A stretch of 64,000 bases of DNA, from the NCBI GenBank assembly GCA_963693365.1, contig CAVNZM010000012.1, forward strand, positions 8,808,001 through 8,872,000, read 5' to 3'. This DNA comes from Amoebidium appalachense (Eukaryota; Protista; Ichthyosporea). The position numbers and the translations under genes were made by a program. Numbering within the stretch: the first letter of the stretch is position 1; each line of letters starts with the position of its first letter. This document shows positions 1 to 23,223 of this stretch, in pieces. The notes beneath the pieces were generated by a model that was not told the origin of the DNA, did not search any database, and was given only the letters and a program-made list of their open reading frames with translations.

Positions 1-15
1 GGGGTTTTTTTTCAG

Positions 16-9007
<8,992 letters not shown>

Positions 9008-9405
9008 TTTTACGTTGTGAGAGGGTGTCTCGGGCGCCCGTTTAGAGCCCGTTTTTGGGTGAATCGAGTTTTCTAGTATACTAGTATTGTACCAAGGGGT
9101 GTACATGTGGGGGCGAGTAGATGAATGGTGTAGGAGATTTCGGAGAAATTGTTTCATTTTTTTGGGCTTTCTTGCGTGAACTATGTGCCATTTTCTCGTT
9201 TTCTTGGGCTTTTCATGCCATGATACACACGGAACCACTACGAAGGAGCGTTGCATGTTTTTTTTAATTTCTTTATTTGGTGATAGTTTGTGTATAGAAT
9301 ACCTTATGGCGTTAAAAATGCACGAGCACATATTGTAGATTTGGTGGGATGGGTGTAATGGCACTTCGATTGGGGTGGGATGGGGTGGGGTGGGTGGGTG
9401 GGTGG

Positions 9406-9440
<35 letters not shown>

Positions 9441-9685
9441 TACAGCTAGTTAGCAAAGAGAGGTTATGGAAAAGGAATAAGGTAGAATGGATTTGGTGGG
9501 AAAGAGAAGTTACACATGGTTTCAAAACATGCAGTATGTGTGTTGTAGCTATCATAGTTTGTACCAGTTTATGGTGGGTTTTACATTGTCGCATTTTGTA
9601 GTATATGTATAAATTTCCATTGGATTTCAAACCCAGGCCACCTGAAAATGACAGAAGAGACGAGTATTTTTGTTGTAGAGGGACT

Positions 9686-9687
<2 letters not shown>

Positions 9688-9767
<80 letters not shown>
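9688..9767 (+). repeat. 80-nt poly-G tract, the longest seen among very many G/C homopolymers
   Basis: Uninterrupted G run read directly from the sequence; its exact length may be affected by sequencing. Confidence 0.85.
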
Positions 9768-9768
<1 letters not shown>

Positions 9769-10423
9769 ATAAACGGAAGAGACAGTGTCTCACGCACACA
9801 GTAAAGAAAGACGATATTATGTATGAATGCATCTTGTGTGTGTGTGTAGATGACTGGTAGTGAGTCAGAAACGGTGTGTGTGGGTGTGTGTGTGGGTGTA
9901 GATGTGGGTTTGTGTGGGTGTGTATGTGCTTATGTGTGTGACACTGTGTGGGTGATGGCGCCCGTGTGTGTATGTGTGTGTTCCGCAGCTGCAACACTTA
10001 GCGGGTGCGCATGTGTGCGTGCGTGTGTGTGACGCTGTGTTTGTTGTACAAGATTTGACCCTACAGTACTATATTAGTGTGTGCACGTGTATTTTATGTT
10101 TTCTTCATTATAGGATTTTTGACAATGTGTGTGTGTGTGTGTTGGGGTGGTGGCGGTGGTGGGGCCCCCGACCACGGGCCGGGCCGGGTGGGTGGTTTTG
10201 CCGGGGGGGGGAAGAAGGGGAAGGGAGCGTACACTTGCAAATGACTGTGCGGGCGGGTGTGTTGTGTGTCCCTTTGTGTACGCCGATGTTCACGTGCAGG
10301 GTTTTTTTTCTTTTTTTTTTCTTTTTTTTTCCCCGTTGCATGCGGCGTGTACCCGTGAGTGAACATGCATGTCTGTGTCGGTGTGTGTGTACTGTGTTCA
10401 GTCTACACGTCTGTGCGTGTGTT

Positions 10424-10512
<89 letters not shown>

Positions 10513-10772
10513 CACGGTGTGTGCTATCGTGCGTGCACGTGCCACGTGTACACGTGCGTGTGAGACCCATAGGTGCGTGTGGTCGCGAAGCTCCGACTAC
10601 AGTTTCATCATGATTGGTTGAATGTCAGTGCATAGTATCACCGAATTGCATTCTTCATACATTCCAGCACTTGATTGGTGGACCTATTTATTTGAGCACC
10701 TATATAAATTATTCCTGCCTGCAGTCTCCACGCAAACAGGAACAAGGAAAAAAAGCCAGCCAGAAAGCCAGC

Positions 10773-11948
10773 ATGCGTGCTTTGCTTTGGCTCTCGCTGT
10801 GTGCCCTTGCGGCGTCCTCTGAGCAAGGTGGAGATGGAGAGGCACCTGCGGAACGTACGTGTTTTTGTTTCTCCTGTGCGTGTGCATGCGTGCATTCGTG
10901 CGTGCGTGTGTGTACATGTGTGCACGTGCGTGCACGTCTGAGTGTGACCGTGGTCGTGCGTGTGTTCTCCTGTGTGCGTGCATACGCTTGTGCGTGTACT
11001 CGTGCGTGCCTGTCTGAGTGTGAACGCGTATACGCGTAGGTGTCCTATTCTGTTTTCATAAACGTGTTCTTCAGACAAGTATGAACTTAATCCTATTATG
11101 CAAGTTTACTATTATGTAGCAAGGATGCAAGCCAGAGACGCAGGTTTAGGGGGTGATGGGGAGACACGCAGGGACAACTCGGGCAGTGTTGGTTTGAGTG
11201 GAAACTAGGAAATTGGGCAATACATAGGGCCAGATCTGTGCGTGATCCGCGGGAAGGGTGTTACGGGGAGAATGGTGAAAAGATCTGCCCCAGAATACAA
11301 GGATGATACTGCCCGTCTCTGGTGTTTGAGGCACAGGGTACAATATACAATCAGATTTGTAAAAAGCACCGGCGGGAGTGAGGAACCTTGCAACTGATGA
11401 AGGCAGACGGGGGAAGCGGCAGTCGGGAGAGGGGGGAGGGGAGGGGGGGGGGGGGGAGGGGGAAGAGGGGTGGGCGGGGGGCAGGGAGGCGGAGGAGGGG
11501 GGGGAGGGGGGGAAGGATGTTGATGTGTGGAAAACAAGTTTGCTCTTGTTTTACCTGACTTTATCTTCGTTTTTGGGTTGACTTACATCCCTGTGCTGGG
11601 GTTGCAGTGGACGTGGGTGAACCCGCACCCGAGTTTAGTCTGTTTGCCGGGGACAGAGAGGGGGGCCAGGAGACACCCAAGGAATATCTGGATAGATATG
11701 CATACTGGCACAACGAGCAGCTGAGGGTGAGATCCTGAACAGGCACACAAGCACACACAGGCGGGCACACACACACCCATACACCACACCTCTCTCTGCC
11801 TGAGGTTCTTTGCTTGCATGCACACAAGGGGTTACACTTTCTGTCTTTACTGTGGGCACACACACTTTATGTATGTCTCTGCTAGTGCGCTCTTCGTGTT
11901 GGGCACAGGCGCGCGCGCACACACACATACAGACAGAGGAGTGCAGCC

Positions 11949-11988
<40 letters not shown>

Positions 11989-12167
11989 CACGCAGACATG
12001 CACACTCGACACAAACACGAGCATACGCACACGCACAAGCTCACGTACACCCACAGACAAAAGCACATACACAAGACACTCCCCTCGGCCTGCACAGTGA
12101 ATACGAGGGGAGAGCAGGAGTGGGAAGGTAGAAATGTAGTTGAAGCCCGGATAAACCTTTTCTTTTT

Positions 12168-12221
<54 letters not shown>

Positions 12222-12460
12222 AGGGAAGGAAGGGCAGGGGGGGGGGGGGGGGGGGTATATAGATGTATAGGTATGGGGCAGGCCGGGGGTTTTGGGGGGG
12301 GGGGGGGGGGAGAGGGGGGGGGGGGGGGAAGGGAGAGGCATAACGGTAAGAAAGGAGGCGTGCCACGGCCGTCACCGCATGTCATAATTGGTGGAATAAT
12401 ATCATATAGGTGTGGTGGTGTCGGTGTGGAGGGGGTTTGAGGGAGAATCGAGGGAGGAAA

Positions 12461-12519
<59 letters not shown>

Positions 12520-13302
12520 GCAGAAAGAGAGGAGGGAGAGAGACGAGAGGGGGGATGGGGGCAGGGTGAGGGGGAAGGGGTAGACGGACAGGTGGATGGA
12601 AGTCATGATATAATTGGTGGGGAGCAGAACGTGTTTCGGACCGGGCATGTAAAGTAGTTGGGGGGGAGGAGAATAGGGTGAGGGAGGGAGGGGGGTGCAT
12701 TGTGTGAGGTGGGGGGAGGGGTTGTAGCTGATATAAAGGGGCGGCCACAGCTGTTGAGACAGAACCCAGGGCTATGCAGACAGGCAAAGGTGGTCGTGTG
12801 GACACCAGTGGCTGGGCTGGGAGGTATTCATGTACAGGCATACTGTTAGGCACACACATGCAGGCATACCCTTAGGCACACACATGCAGGCAGACAGGCA
12901 CACATACATGCACACACAAAGGCACACGGGCACAGAGACACACAAACACTCAAGCGAATGCACACACACACGCTCTATCCAGGCAGGCTCACCCCTACCC
13001 CGGTCCACATTCTACTCTCATATCTTCTTCAACGGACACAAAGCAAGAAGGAGTAAAAATGAAATATGAAAAGGAAAAGAAAGAAAGAAACATACCTCCA
13101 TCACCATACAGAATGCATTTGGACTTGCAAACTACCAAACACACCCCGTGCTTTGACTTGTATAACCCCCCCCCCCCCCCCCCCCCCCGCCCCCTCTCCC
13201 CGGGCAGCAGCCGCCCCCGTATCCATTACAATCCTTTTTGAAATATCTTTCCTTTTTGTTCTTTTTTTTGGGGGGGGGGGGGGGGGGGGGGGGGGGGAGG
13301 TT

Positions 13303-13398
<96 letters not shown>

Positions 13399-14428
13399 TC
13401 TGTGCGTGGCATGGAATCCGCCTTTCTTCTGGCCTTGAAGCATGGCCGTCTGTTCTTTGTTAACTGGAAGGTAAATCCCCCCACTCTCCACCCACACCCG
13501 AGTTTTTTACAAACTCAATGCTCATCCCAAGGAATTGTCACAGACTTTCAGAGCTCACATAGTCCTTACAGGTTTGCCGATGGTCAGTTATTTTTGGAAT
13601 CCGGATTGCCTAATTGAAGACGCTCCAATGAAAAACTTACATTAGAGAGCGCGGCAAACACGTTTAACTGGAGCGCCTTTGCTTCAACCAATCATTCGAA
13701 AGTCCGGCGAATCGATTCGCATTGTCCAATAAGCTGTAAATTCTGGCTGCCATATTGAAGGCGCTCCAATCAAACAGCTTCAAAAAAACCAACGAGATTA
13801 GCAGTCAATATTTTGTTTGCCACCCTTTACCAATGGCACGTCAAGTGGCTCATGGCAAAGTCTGTGACAATAGTTTGCGATGTGATTTTTCACAATTTGC
13901 ATTATGTAGGGATGTTTTGACACTGCTTTGTGGTGGTATACTCCTTTCACCTGAACACGCCACCAACCCATATGTCGTTCGGAGTGATATGTGACCATTT
14001 GTGGCCAACCAATCACCATACAGAGTATTCATAATAACCATATGTGGTAATCCAATTACCATACAGAGTAAACATGTAACCATGTATGAACCAATCACCG
14101 TAGAGAGTCATATCTAACCATACACGGTACCGATTACCATATATAGTAACCATGTAAGCATATCTGGGTACAGGATCCCGTGTCGTGGAAAAAGCTGCTG
14201 CAGCGTCCACCGGGGTTGGAATGGGATTGGGCATCGGCAGTGAAGAGCGGGGCAGGTGTGTGTGTGTGTGTGTCTGTGTGTGTGTCTGTGTGTGTGTCTG
14301 TGTGTCTGTGTGTGTGTGCGCGCATGTGCGTGGTGCGTGCGTGCGCGCGCATGTGCGTGTATGTGTGTGCGTGCGTGTGCGTGCGTGCGTGCGCACGTGT
14401 GCGTGTGTGTGTGCGTGTGCATGTGCGT

Positions 14429-14459
<31 letters not shown>

Positions 14460-14506
14460 GAGGGGGGGGGAGAGGCGGGAGGGGGAGCGTGCGCGCGTGT
14501 GTGTAT

Positions 14507-14574
<68 letters not shown>

Positions 14575-14842
14575 TCGCGTGCGTGTGCATCTGTGTGTGT
14601 CTGTGTGTCTGTGTCTCTCTCTCTGTGTGCGTATGTGCAGGTGGGATGTATACACGTGTTCAGGGGTGTCGGGGGGAGATATCCATAGGGTGAAGGTGGT
14701 GAGTGAACGTAGGGGGATGTGGGTGGGTGATAGGCTGTACAGGTGTGTCTGAACACTCTGAAGCGGGTAGAGTGGGGTTGGGGGAGGAGGGGACGGGGGA
14801 TGTAGTGATGATGCAATCAGACGGTCGGGGGGTGGTGGTGTT

Positions 14843-14883
<41 letters not shown>

Positions 14884-15065
14884 TACTTTACCAGCCTAAC
14901 GTGCCAGCTCCCCCACTTACCCCTCCTCCTCTTTTCAGAATCTGCACGACCCCTTCTCTCTTTCGTCTATTTCCATTCACCCCCCCCCCCCCCCCCCCCC
15001 TTCCCCTTTCCCCCCTACCCCCCTACCCCTCTCCCCCACCACCACCACCGCTGCCACCACCACCA

Positions 15066-15098
<33 letters not shown>

Positions 15099-16047
15099 GG
15101 GTTTCGTAAACGAGGCAAGGGATCGAAACTCAGATGCAATTGAAGACTTGGGCTCCTCTGAGGTTGGGCTCTTGTGATGTTGCATATGTGAATGTTTGCC
15201 TTTGCATGTGTCCTGCACAGTGTTTCTCATCGTGTAGTTGTACTTCGTACCGTGTTCAGCATTCTAACCACCCCCCCCCCCCCCCCCCCTCCCCCCGGTT
15301 CCCCCCTCCCCCCCAACACACACCCACCAACCATCCACTCAACCCCCCCCCCCCCCCCTCCCCGCCCCCCTCCCTCCCTCCCTCCCTCCCCCCCCCCCCC
15401 CCCCCCCTTCACAGTGTGCCCGGATGCAGCCGCTGAAATCGACCCGAAAGCCACCGCCTACCTTAAAGGCCACCCTACAATGATGGTAAACACCCCCCGA
15501 AAGGAAGGATTCATCGGAGGCAAAAGAAAAAAAGGACATAAATATGAGACGAATTCAAACAGAATGAAAAATAGACAAACGGAGACGGAGAAACAACAAG
15601 AGAGCAGGGAGAAAAAAACAGTGAAAGAAAGAATCTCAAGAAGAATGTTGTTGTGTCGCTGAGTAAAAGGTGGAGTAAATTCGATGCCACGGAGTACCTA
15701 TTACTCCATTCAGGAATGGCAGCTTTTAACCTAATCAGGGTTTGTGTCACCTGATGGCCCAATTAGGATTGGGCGTGCGTGTTTTGCCGGCCTAGTCATG
15801 GGTGAGCACGTGTGTGTGGGCACACTTTGCACACGTGTTGCTGTTGGTTTGCACGAGCATTCAGGTTCGAAACACACGGTCGAATCGTTTTCCCGACATC
15901 AGCCCCCCCTCCCTCCCCCCTGCCGTCACCACCACCAACACCACCCTCCCCCTCTCCCCTCACCCTTCTTCCAATGCCTCCGTCTACCCTCTCGCGGCTG
16001 TTTTCTGACGTACACTGTGGCCCTCTCGCTCCTCCGAGTACTGTGGA

Positions 16048-16095
<48 letters not shown>

Positions 16096-16192
16096 TTTGT
16101 TATGCATACTCCGTATGTGTGGTTTGCACTCTGTATTGTGTTGGCCATTACGGATGTGGACTTCGTCCTCTGTAGCTTACCCATCCCCCCCT

Positions 16193-16223
<31 letters not shown>

Positions 16224-16502
16224 CTCTCCCCCTCCCTGCCCTCCCGGCCCCCTTTCCCCCCTCCCCCCCCCCCCCCCTCCCCCCTCTCTCCCCTCCCTGC
16301 CCTCCCGGCCCCCTTTCCCCTCCCCCCCTCCCCTCCCCCCCCGCCCCTCCCCCCCCGCCCCTCCCCCTTTTCAGGACTACCTAGCCACAGCCGACCCCAA
16401 GTTCTATGTCCAACTGCCAGAGGCAGAACTCTTGAGGAGACTGGTGTCACCACACAAAGAGGTGCAGGCCAGAACAGATAAGGTGTGGGTGTGGGTGTGT
16501 AC

Positions 16503-16536
<34 letters not shown>

Positions 16537-16799
16537 CTTTGTTTCTCTTTTCTTTCTTTTCACGTGTTTGGGTGTGTGTGTGTGTGGTGTTGGGGGTAGG
16601 GGTGGTGGTGGTGTTTCTGTGTGTGTGTGGGGGGGGGGGGGGAGGGGGGGGGGGGGGGTAGAATGGGTTACTGAGCGTGAAATGATCTTTATACTAGGAA
16701 GGACAACAAAATCCATTTGGCTATAAGCACACTTAAAGAAAATGCATCATCAGTAGAGCCCACCTTCAGGGGGGAGCCAAGTCATCCACAATACTTTTG

Positions 16800-16840
<41 letters not shown>

Positions 16841-17178
16841 CTATGACTTGGCACGTGTGTGAATGGATTATGGATCAAGGAGATGGGAGTGGGTGGCATG
16901 ATCGGAAATCCTTCCAGATATGGGAATGGTTACTAAGCACGTGTTTTTAATGCTCGTGCATGATTGGTGTGTTTGCCCGGGTCTCTTAAACCTGACACTT
17001 GTCCACACACACGTATACATGCATCCAAAGTTTAAACTCAAGACATGCAAATACACACACACACACACATACACATGCATAAGCATACACACACACACAC
17101 ACACACAGGTACACGCACACAGACGTGTACACACACACTTACACACATGCATGTACACACACACACACACACACACGT

Positions 17179-17237
<59 letters not shown>

Positions 17238-18132
17238 CACGTACACACACACGTACACAGATCATCCAGCAGCTAGACGGCAAGCATGTGGTGGGCATCC
17301 ACATCCGCACAGGCACAGCCCTACCCCCCGACCCTCCATTCCTCTCTCCCGGTAACCCCCCGCTCCCCCCCCCCCCCCCCCCCCCCCCCCTTTTCTCCCC
17401 CTTCCCCACCTCCGGGTATTGCAAATATTGTACCCTATTGCATGCTCTTCGAATTTTTGTTGTGCAAGTCATGCTGCAAGCACCATAATCTTCGGTGTGT
17501 CTCTATGTTTGTGTGTATTGTATTCTTTTATGCGTCCCACATCCCTCCCCCAAGCACTAACACACACACACACACAGCACACATGAGCAAGCATACACAC
17601 AGGCCCATGCACAAATGTGCGCGCACACGCACGCAAACAAACACCCCACACTGTACACATGAACGCAGCTGAATGAGAGTAAAGCTTTCTCTACACCATC
17701 ATGTGAGCGTGTTTTTGACTGTTCCTTGTATTCTCCTACATTCCTTTCTGCTACCCCCCCCCCCCCCCCCCCCCCCCTCAAAAAAAAAAAAAAAAAAAAA
17801 AAAAGGAGAAAAAAAAGGACATACACACAGCAACACTCCTATTTGACCCTCAAAGTACAAGCATCCCCCCCCCCCCCCCCCTCCCCCCCCCCCCTCCCGC
17901 CCCACCCCTCTTCCCGACCACCCTCCCCCCTCCCCCTCCCGGGCCCTCAACCAGTCCCCTAAAGCACAACCCCATAGCATTAGCACAAGACCAATGGTGG
18001 CCTGTAATTGGTGGGTTTCCTATTGGTCTCATTTGATTGGTTCGTTTGCTGCTGACCTCATCTGATTGGTGCTTTGCAGGGGACGAGGAGAACTTCGCCA
18101 CCTGTTTCCTAAATTTGGTCAAATGGAAGAAG

Positions 18133-18181
<49 letters not shown>

Positions 18182-18453
18182 CCCCCACCACCACCACCAC
18201 CACCACCACCCCCACTTTTTAGTTATTCTGTTTTATGGTTCGATTTCCGGTTTTTTGTTTTTGTGACGTCTAATCTGTTGTCCTGTGGTGCCTCCTCCAT
18301 GCCTCTAACCCTTTAATGCATACATCACCTTCCTCCCCCTCCCCCATCCCTCTCTCCCCCCACTCCTTCCCACCCCTACCCCCCTCCCCCTCCCCCCCAA
18401 CGCCTAGCGCCCACTCACCGTCCCCACCAGCAGCCCCCCCCCCCCCCCCCCCC

Positions 18454-18488
<35 letters not shown>

Positions 18489-20603
18489 ACACATGCTGAG
18501 CGCATTGCTGATGTTGCATACTTGAATGTTTGCCTTTGCATGTGTCCTGCACCATGCTTCTCATCGTCTATGTGTACTTCGTACCGTGTTCCCCATTCAA
18601 CCCCCCCTCCCCCCCCCCCCCCCTCCGATCATGTACCCACATCCCCACCGCGTTTCGTGCAATTTTCACCAAAAGGAACAAACGGGCTTTTCGGATTTTG
18701 ACATTCATAGTGACAAGCGGAAGGTGGAAACTGTAGAGATAGGATGAAGGTTGTGATTTGATCGAATTCGTATTGTGCAAAAAGGACATCCCTTCCAATG
18801 GCGAGTCGATATACTCGAGGATTTCACAATTGTCGATTGCCACCTGTCAGGGGCAGCGCAAAGGTGATGTGAGATCCTCGATTATATGAACAACCTCAGT
18901 CAAGGCAAAAACTGGCAGATATGAGGGTTTATGTAGAAACCCAGGGGAATGATAGAATCTATCCGTGCTCTCTGTTTCGATTGTTTATTTTTGATTGGTT
19001 ATTTTTTGTTCCATTCATTATTCGGCCTGTTGTTTCGTTTATGTCTAAATTTATGTCTATGTACGGACTGTTTTGGATTGGCTCTTGCAGTTTTACCAGC
19101 TTTATATGATTGGCTCTTACATGTTTTAATGACCGATTTTGATTGGCTGTTGCAGGTACCCAAAGACGCCGTGGCGTTGGTTCTGAGCGACAGTCCGGAC
19201 GCAGCAAAGAAAGTAGCCGATATGATTGGACGGGACAGGGGTGGGTGTGCCCATATATGGTAGCCTCACTTTAAGTCACCTGCTGGGTATTCACAAAATT
19301 GGTATTTTCGCATTATCACGGCCCAATTAACGTTCACAATGAAGATATGAGACCCATGGGGCTCTAGAGAGAGACGGAACTGAAGAAAATTCTATCGATC
19401 ATGAATCGGCATATGCATAACAGCCCATGACAGATTGGAAGGTGTGCGGTTGTTTGTTTTTGTGTGTGTTTTGTGTGTGCGTGTGTTTGGGGGGGTGGGA
19501 GGGGGGGAATAGAATGGGGTGATGATTCATGCTCATAGCACATGCACGTGCCCCCTCACGCATGGACACTCGGTCATACGCCTACTCGGGTACACATCTT
19601 TCCCTCTCTCTCACTCCCCCCACCCGTCCCCACCCCCGCACACACACCAGGACACGTGTGCACACACACACACACACACACACTTTACACTCACACACTC
19701 ACACACGCGCCCGCGCGCACACGCACACACACACACACACACCCGCGCGCACACGCACACACACACACACACACGTACACACACGTACACACACACACAC
19801 ACACGTACACACACGTACACACACACAGCCATTGTGCCGGGGGGTAATGCGCACAGCTTCACTTCCAACCACGTCGACAGTGTGAGACAGAGCTATGCAG
19901 AGTGGTTTGCCTTTGCTCACTCAAACACTGCAATCACTACAGCATGGTGAGTCAACTGTCTGTGTTTTTTAATGGTTATGTGCTGAATATGCAGTGTTTG
20001 GATAGTGTTTTTTAATGGTTATGTGCTGAATATGCAGTGTTTGGATACTGTTAATAGGTCTATATTGTTATTTACCTATGGTATAGTGGTATCCGAGTCA
20101 ACTATCGGTATGTTTGGCATCTATCTGCCAGGTGTAATGCACGTGTATCGAAATGTTTTCTTATGTACTAGAGAGCGGCATTGGTTGTCATGTATACTAT
20201 ATGGACTAGGTTAGGACTAGAGTATAGGTTATTCTCGTCTCATGTATGGTTTAATACCTTCGACAGCAAAAGGATATCTACTCTTATGCACGGTATCTCT
20301 CCCTTTGCATAGTTATCTACTATCTATTAATCTTGATGTAATGTGTGTTGGGTTTTCAGAATAGCTTTGTTGTTTGAATGTGGCCTGAACTGGTGGAATA
20401 AGTAGTTGTAAACGAGCTTCCTCACTTCTCGTGTCATTGTTTAGTTTAAAAAAAAATTTCCCCTTTCATTTTCTTTGCTTTCTGAAATTCCTATCCCCCC
20501 CTCCCGTGCAGGTCACTGTATTCCATGTCGTCAGTGCTCTATGGGGATGTCCCCTCAGATCAGACCACCGAAATCAACGACTCCCACGTATGTGTCTCTC
20601 TCT

Positions 20604-20671
<68 letters not shown>

Positions 20672-21219
20672 TTCCCCGTGGGTGACTTGGGTTCCTCCTG
20701 TTGGATGGGCCCTGCCTATTATGTATACTGTTTATGTGTGGTTTGTACACTCCATGGTGTTGTCCGTTATGGTTGTGTACTTCGTACTCTATAACACATT
20801 CTAACCTCTTCCCCCCCCCCCCCTCCCCCCCCCCCTCCAAAAAAAAAAAAAAAAAAAAACCCTACTCTTTGCGTGTGCCCCCCCCCCCCAGTGTCTCCTG
20901 CTTGACCGCTTAAATTGTTTGAATTTGGGTTTCCCACTTTTGCGACGCTTTGTTGTTGCTCTTTGTTGTCCCCTCCATATTTCCAACCCTCTGACGCATA
21001 CATCCCCCCCCCCCCCCCCCCCCTCCCACCCCGCGCGCGGGTACGTATATCCTTGATACTCCTCACGCCAGGCAATATCTATATACGTATATATAAATAT
21101 ACATGCTGCAAGTAGCCGATCACATTATAAGCCTTAAAAGTTATGCCCGTACACCTCTAAGTTTCTCCCCCCCCCCCCCCCCCCAACCTTTCCGCTCCCC
21201 CCTCCCCCCCCCCCCCCCC

Positions 21220-21295
<76 letters not shown>

Positions 21296-21465
21296 CTCTT
21301 CACCTGTACGTACACACATCCATCTTCAGTGTAACCAGCCCGGACATAAGATGTGCAAGGACTCGTGGCCAAAGTCGGACCAATTTTGCGGCATCAAATC
21401 GTAAGTGAAGGCCTTTTTCTCTGTAGTCTGTGAATAGATGTGGCATTTGGATGGATGTGTGTGTG

Positions 21466-21496
<31 letters not shown>

Positions 21497-21627
21497 AGGG
21501 GAGGGGGAGGGGGGAGGGTGTGTGTGTGTGTGTGTGTGTCATGTGTGTGTGTGTGTGTTTCGCTCATGAACGTGTGCGAGTGGGTGGGTGGGTGTTTTTT
21601 GTTGGAAAGGGTTGAGAAATGGCCGGG

Positions 21628-21693
<66 letters not shown>

Positions 21694-22109
21694 GGGGGAG
21701 GGGGGGGGAGGGGGGGAGGGGGGGGAGGGGGGGGGGGGGGGGACGGGACGGGGAGGGGGGTGTTGGGGAATGGGGGGGAAAGACGCCGTGGGGAGGTGGG
21801 GAGGGGCTATGCAAATGTGTACATGTTAACAACCGTAAATGAAAATGAGAACGAAATTAGCCAAGTTCTTCGTCAAAGAACTGACCTCAGGCGCACTCTA
21901 TTTCTCTCCCGGAGGTTTGCCCTTTCATGTCTATGAGCATGCACATATGTGTGCCAAGTACTAACACGTGTCTATGAGCATGTACATATGTGTGCCAAGT
22001 ACTAACACGTGTGTGTACATACAGGCCGACCCCATCGCCACAGCCACCCGAGCAGGCACAAAACGAGGGAGAGGCGGCAGGATCGCAGGAGGTTAGGGAT
22101 GAGTTGTAA
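10773..22109 (+). CDS. ER-lumenal fucosyltransferase-superfamily glycosyltransferase (alpha-1,2/alpha-1,6/O-FucT GT-B clan), 395 aa, signal peptide plus C-terminal RDEL
   Basis: 14 exons: 10773-10854, 11608-11726, 12751-12823, 13397-13470, 14174-14255, 15415-15485, 16375-16482, 17261-17351, 18080-18132, 19156-19240, 19829-19946, 20512-20587, 21330-21400, 22025-22109 (1188 nt). Starts [16 protein letters not shown]. Motifs: [64 protein letters not shown]. Ends EVRDEL*. Confidence 0.9.
13613..13770. repeat. Short direct and inverted repeat cluster, possible MITE remnant
   Basis: ATTGAAG(A/G)CGCTCCAAT at 13613 and 13754, with inverted TGGAGCGCCTT at 13669. Confidence 0.45.
15155..15268 (+). mobile_element. 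Poly-C-flanked element, subfamily A copy
   Basis: GATGTTGCATATGTGAATGTTTGCCTTTGCATGTGTCCTGCAC...GTACTTCGTACCGTGTTCAGCATTCTAAC followed by poly-C. Confidence 0.75.
18486..18600 (+). mobile_element. Poly-C-flanked element, subfamily A copy, 5' truncated
   Basis: Close match to 8157-8270, with poly-C directly on both sides. Confidence 0.75.
19962..20047 (+). repeat. 43-bp perfect tandem duplication just after a 5' splice site
   Basis: GTGTTTTTTAATGGTTATGTGCTGAATATGCAGTGTTTGGATA occurs twice in tandem. Confidence 0.9.
20676..20806 (+). mobile_element. Poly-C-flanked element, subfamily B copy
   Basis: GGATGGGCCCTGCCTATTATGTATACT...GTGTACTTCGTACTCTATAACACATTCTAACC; similar to 46007-46140 and 46467-46600. 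Confidence 0.65.
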
Positions 22110-23073
22110 TCATAGCCTTTTTTGGTAATGGTATGCACAACCAGCGCAATGCATCGAGATGATTGGGTGTTTAATGATGATGATATCTGATTGGTTCGAT
22201 TGATTGAACACACATAGCACCGCTGTATGCATCTAGCGCGGAATAAACTGGTAGACAGGAACATACTTTGGTGGGTAAATGGGTGGGGTGTGTATATGCG
22301 TGTGTGTGTGGGTATGTGTGGGTGTGTGTGTGTGTGTGGTGGTGGCGGTGGGGGGGGGGGGGGGGGGGGGGGGGGTTGATTTTTGGTGCTTCTTTGGCAG
22401 CTTAAAGTTGGTTGGTGGACATGTCATGGGTTATTTCTTTGCTTTGCATTCATCGATTTGTGATTTCGATTTTTTTCCCCGTATTATTAATGACGTGTGA
22501 GGGATTGTTCCCGAGGGGAAAAGGGGGGAAGGGGGGGGAGGGGGGGGGGGGGGGGGAGGGGGGAGAGAGGGGTGGGTTTGAACAAACACACGAATGCAAA
22601 TGTTGCACACTGAAGTACATGTACAACGTAGCCCGTTGAACCTGATGATTAATTAATATAATCATATAAAATTTATAACAATAAAAGATAAAATTGCAGC
22701 AAGCCTCAGCGGCCACTGGCTTGCTGACGTTACTAATTCTCATACTATTCATACTAATTTTATGCTCTTTGATTAGATCAAATCTGATGCAGTTTCTATT
22801 AGTAGCAATTTTGTATTGGTACCAGTACTAATAGTACAATTTAATTTTTCTTGTAGGAAAACTTTTAAGATCAATTCGCAAACACCGAACACCGTTACTA
22901 AGTACACAACACATGGCTTTGCGTTGCATATATGTGCATGCTAAATTATGATGCCATGGATCACATCATGATCGTTCGAACCACCAAGTTGAGAAGCCTA
23001 GGGCCCATCAGTGGCACCCCGTCACCAATACCTGTACAAAGAAACCCCTCCGCCCCCCAGCCCCCCCCCCCCC

Positions 23074-23132
<59 letters not shown>

Positions 23133-23223
23133 TCCCCTCGCCTCCTCCCACGTGCACACACACACTTGTACACACACACACACACACGTGCACACACACA
23201 CACACACGCACACCCTTTAACCC

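Noticed and set aside
10611-10680. CCAAT/ATTGG boxes upstream of several genes
   Set aside because: The same motif is common inside introns (17993-18070, 19076-19146), so it cannot be called a promoter from sequence alone.
17311-17320. GC-AG intron after HIRTG
   Set aside because: The frame stays open to a canonical phase-1 GTAACC donor at 17352, so no non-canonical site is needed.
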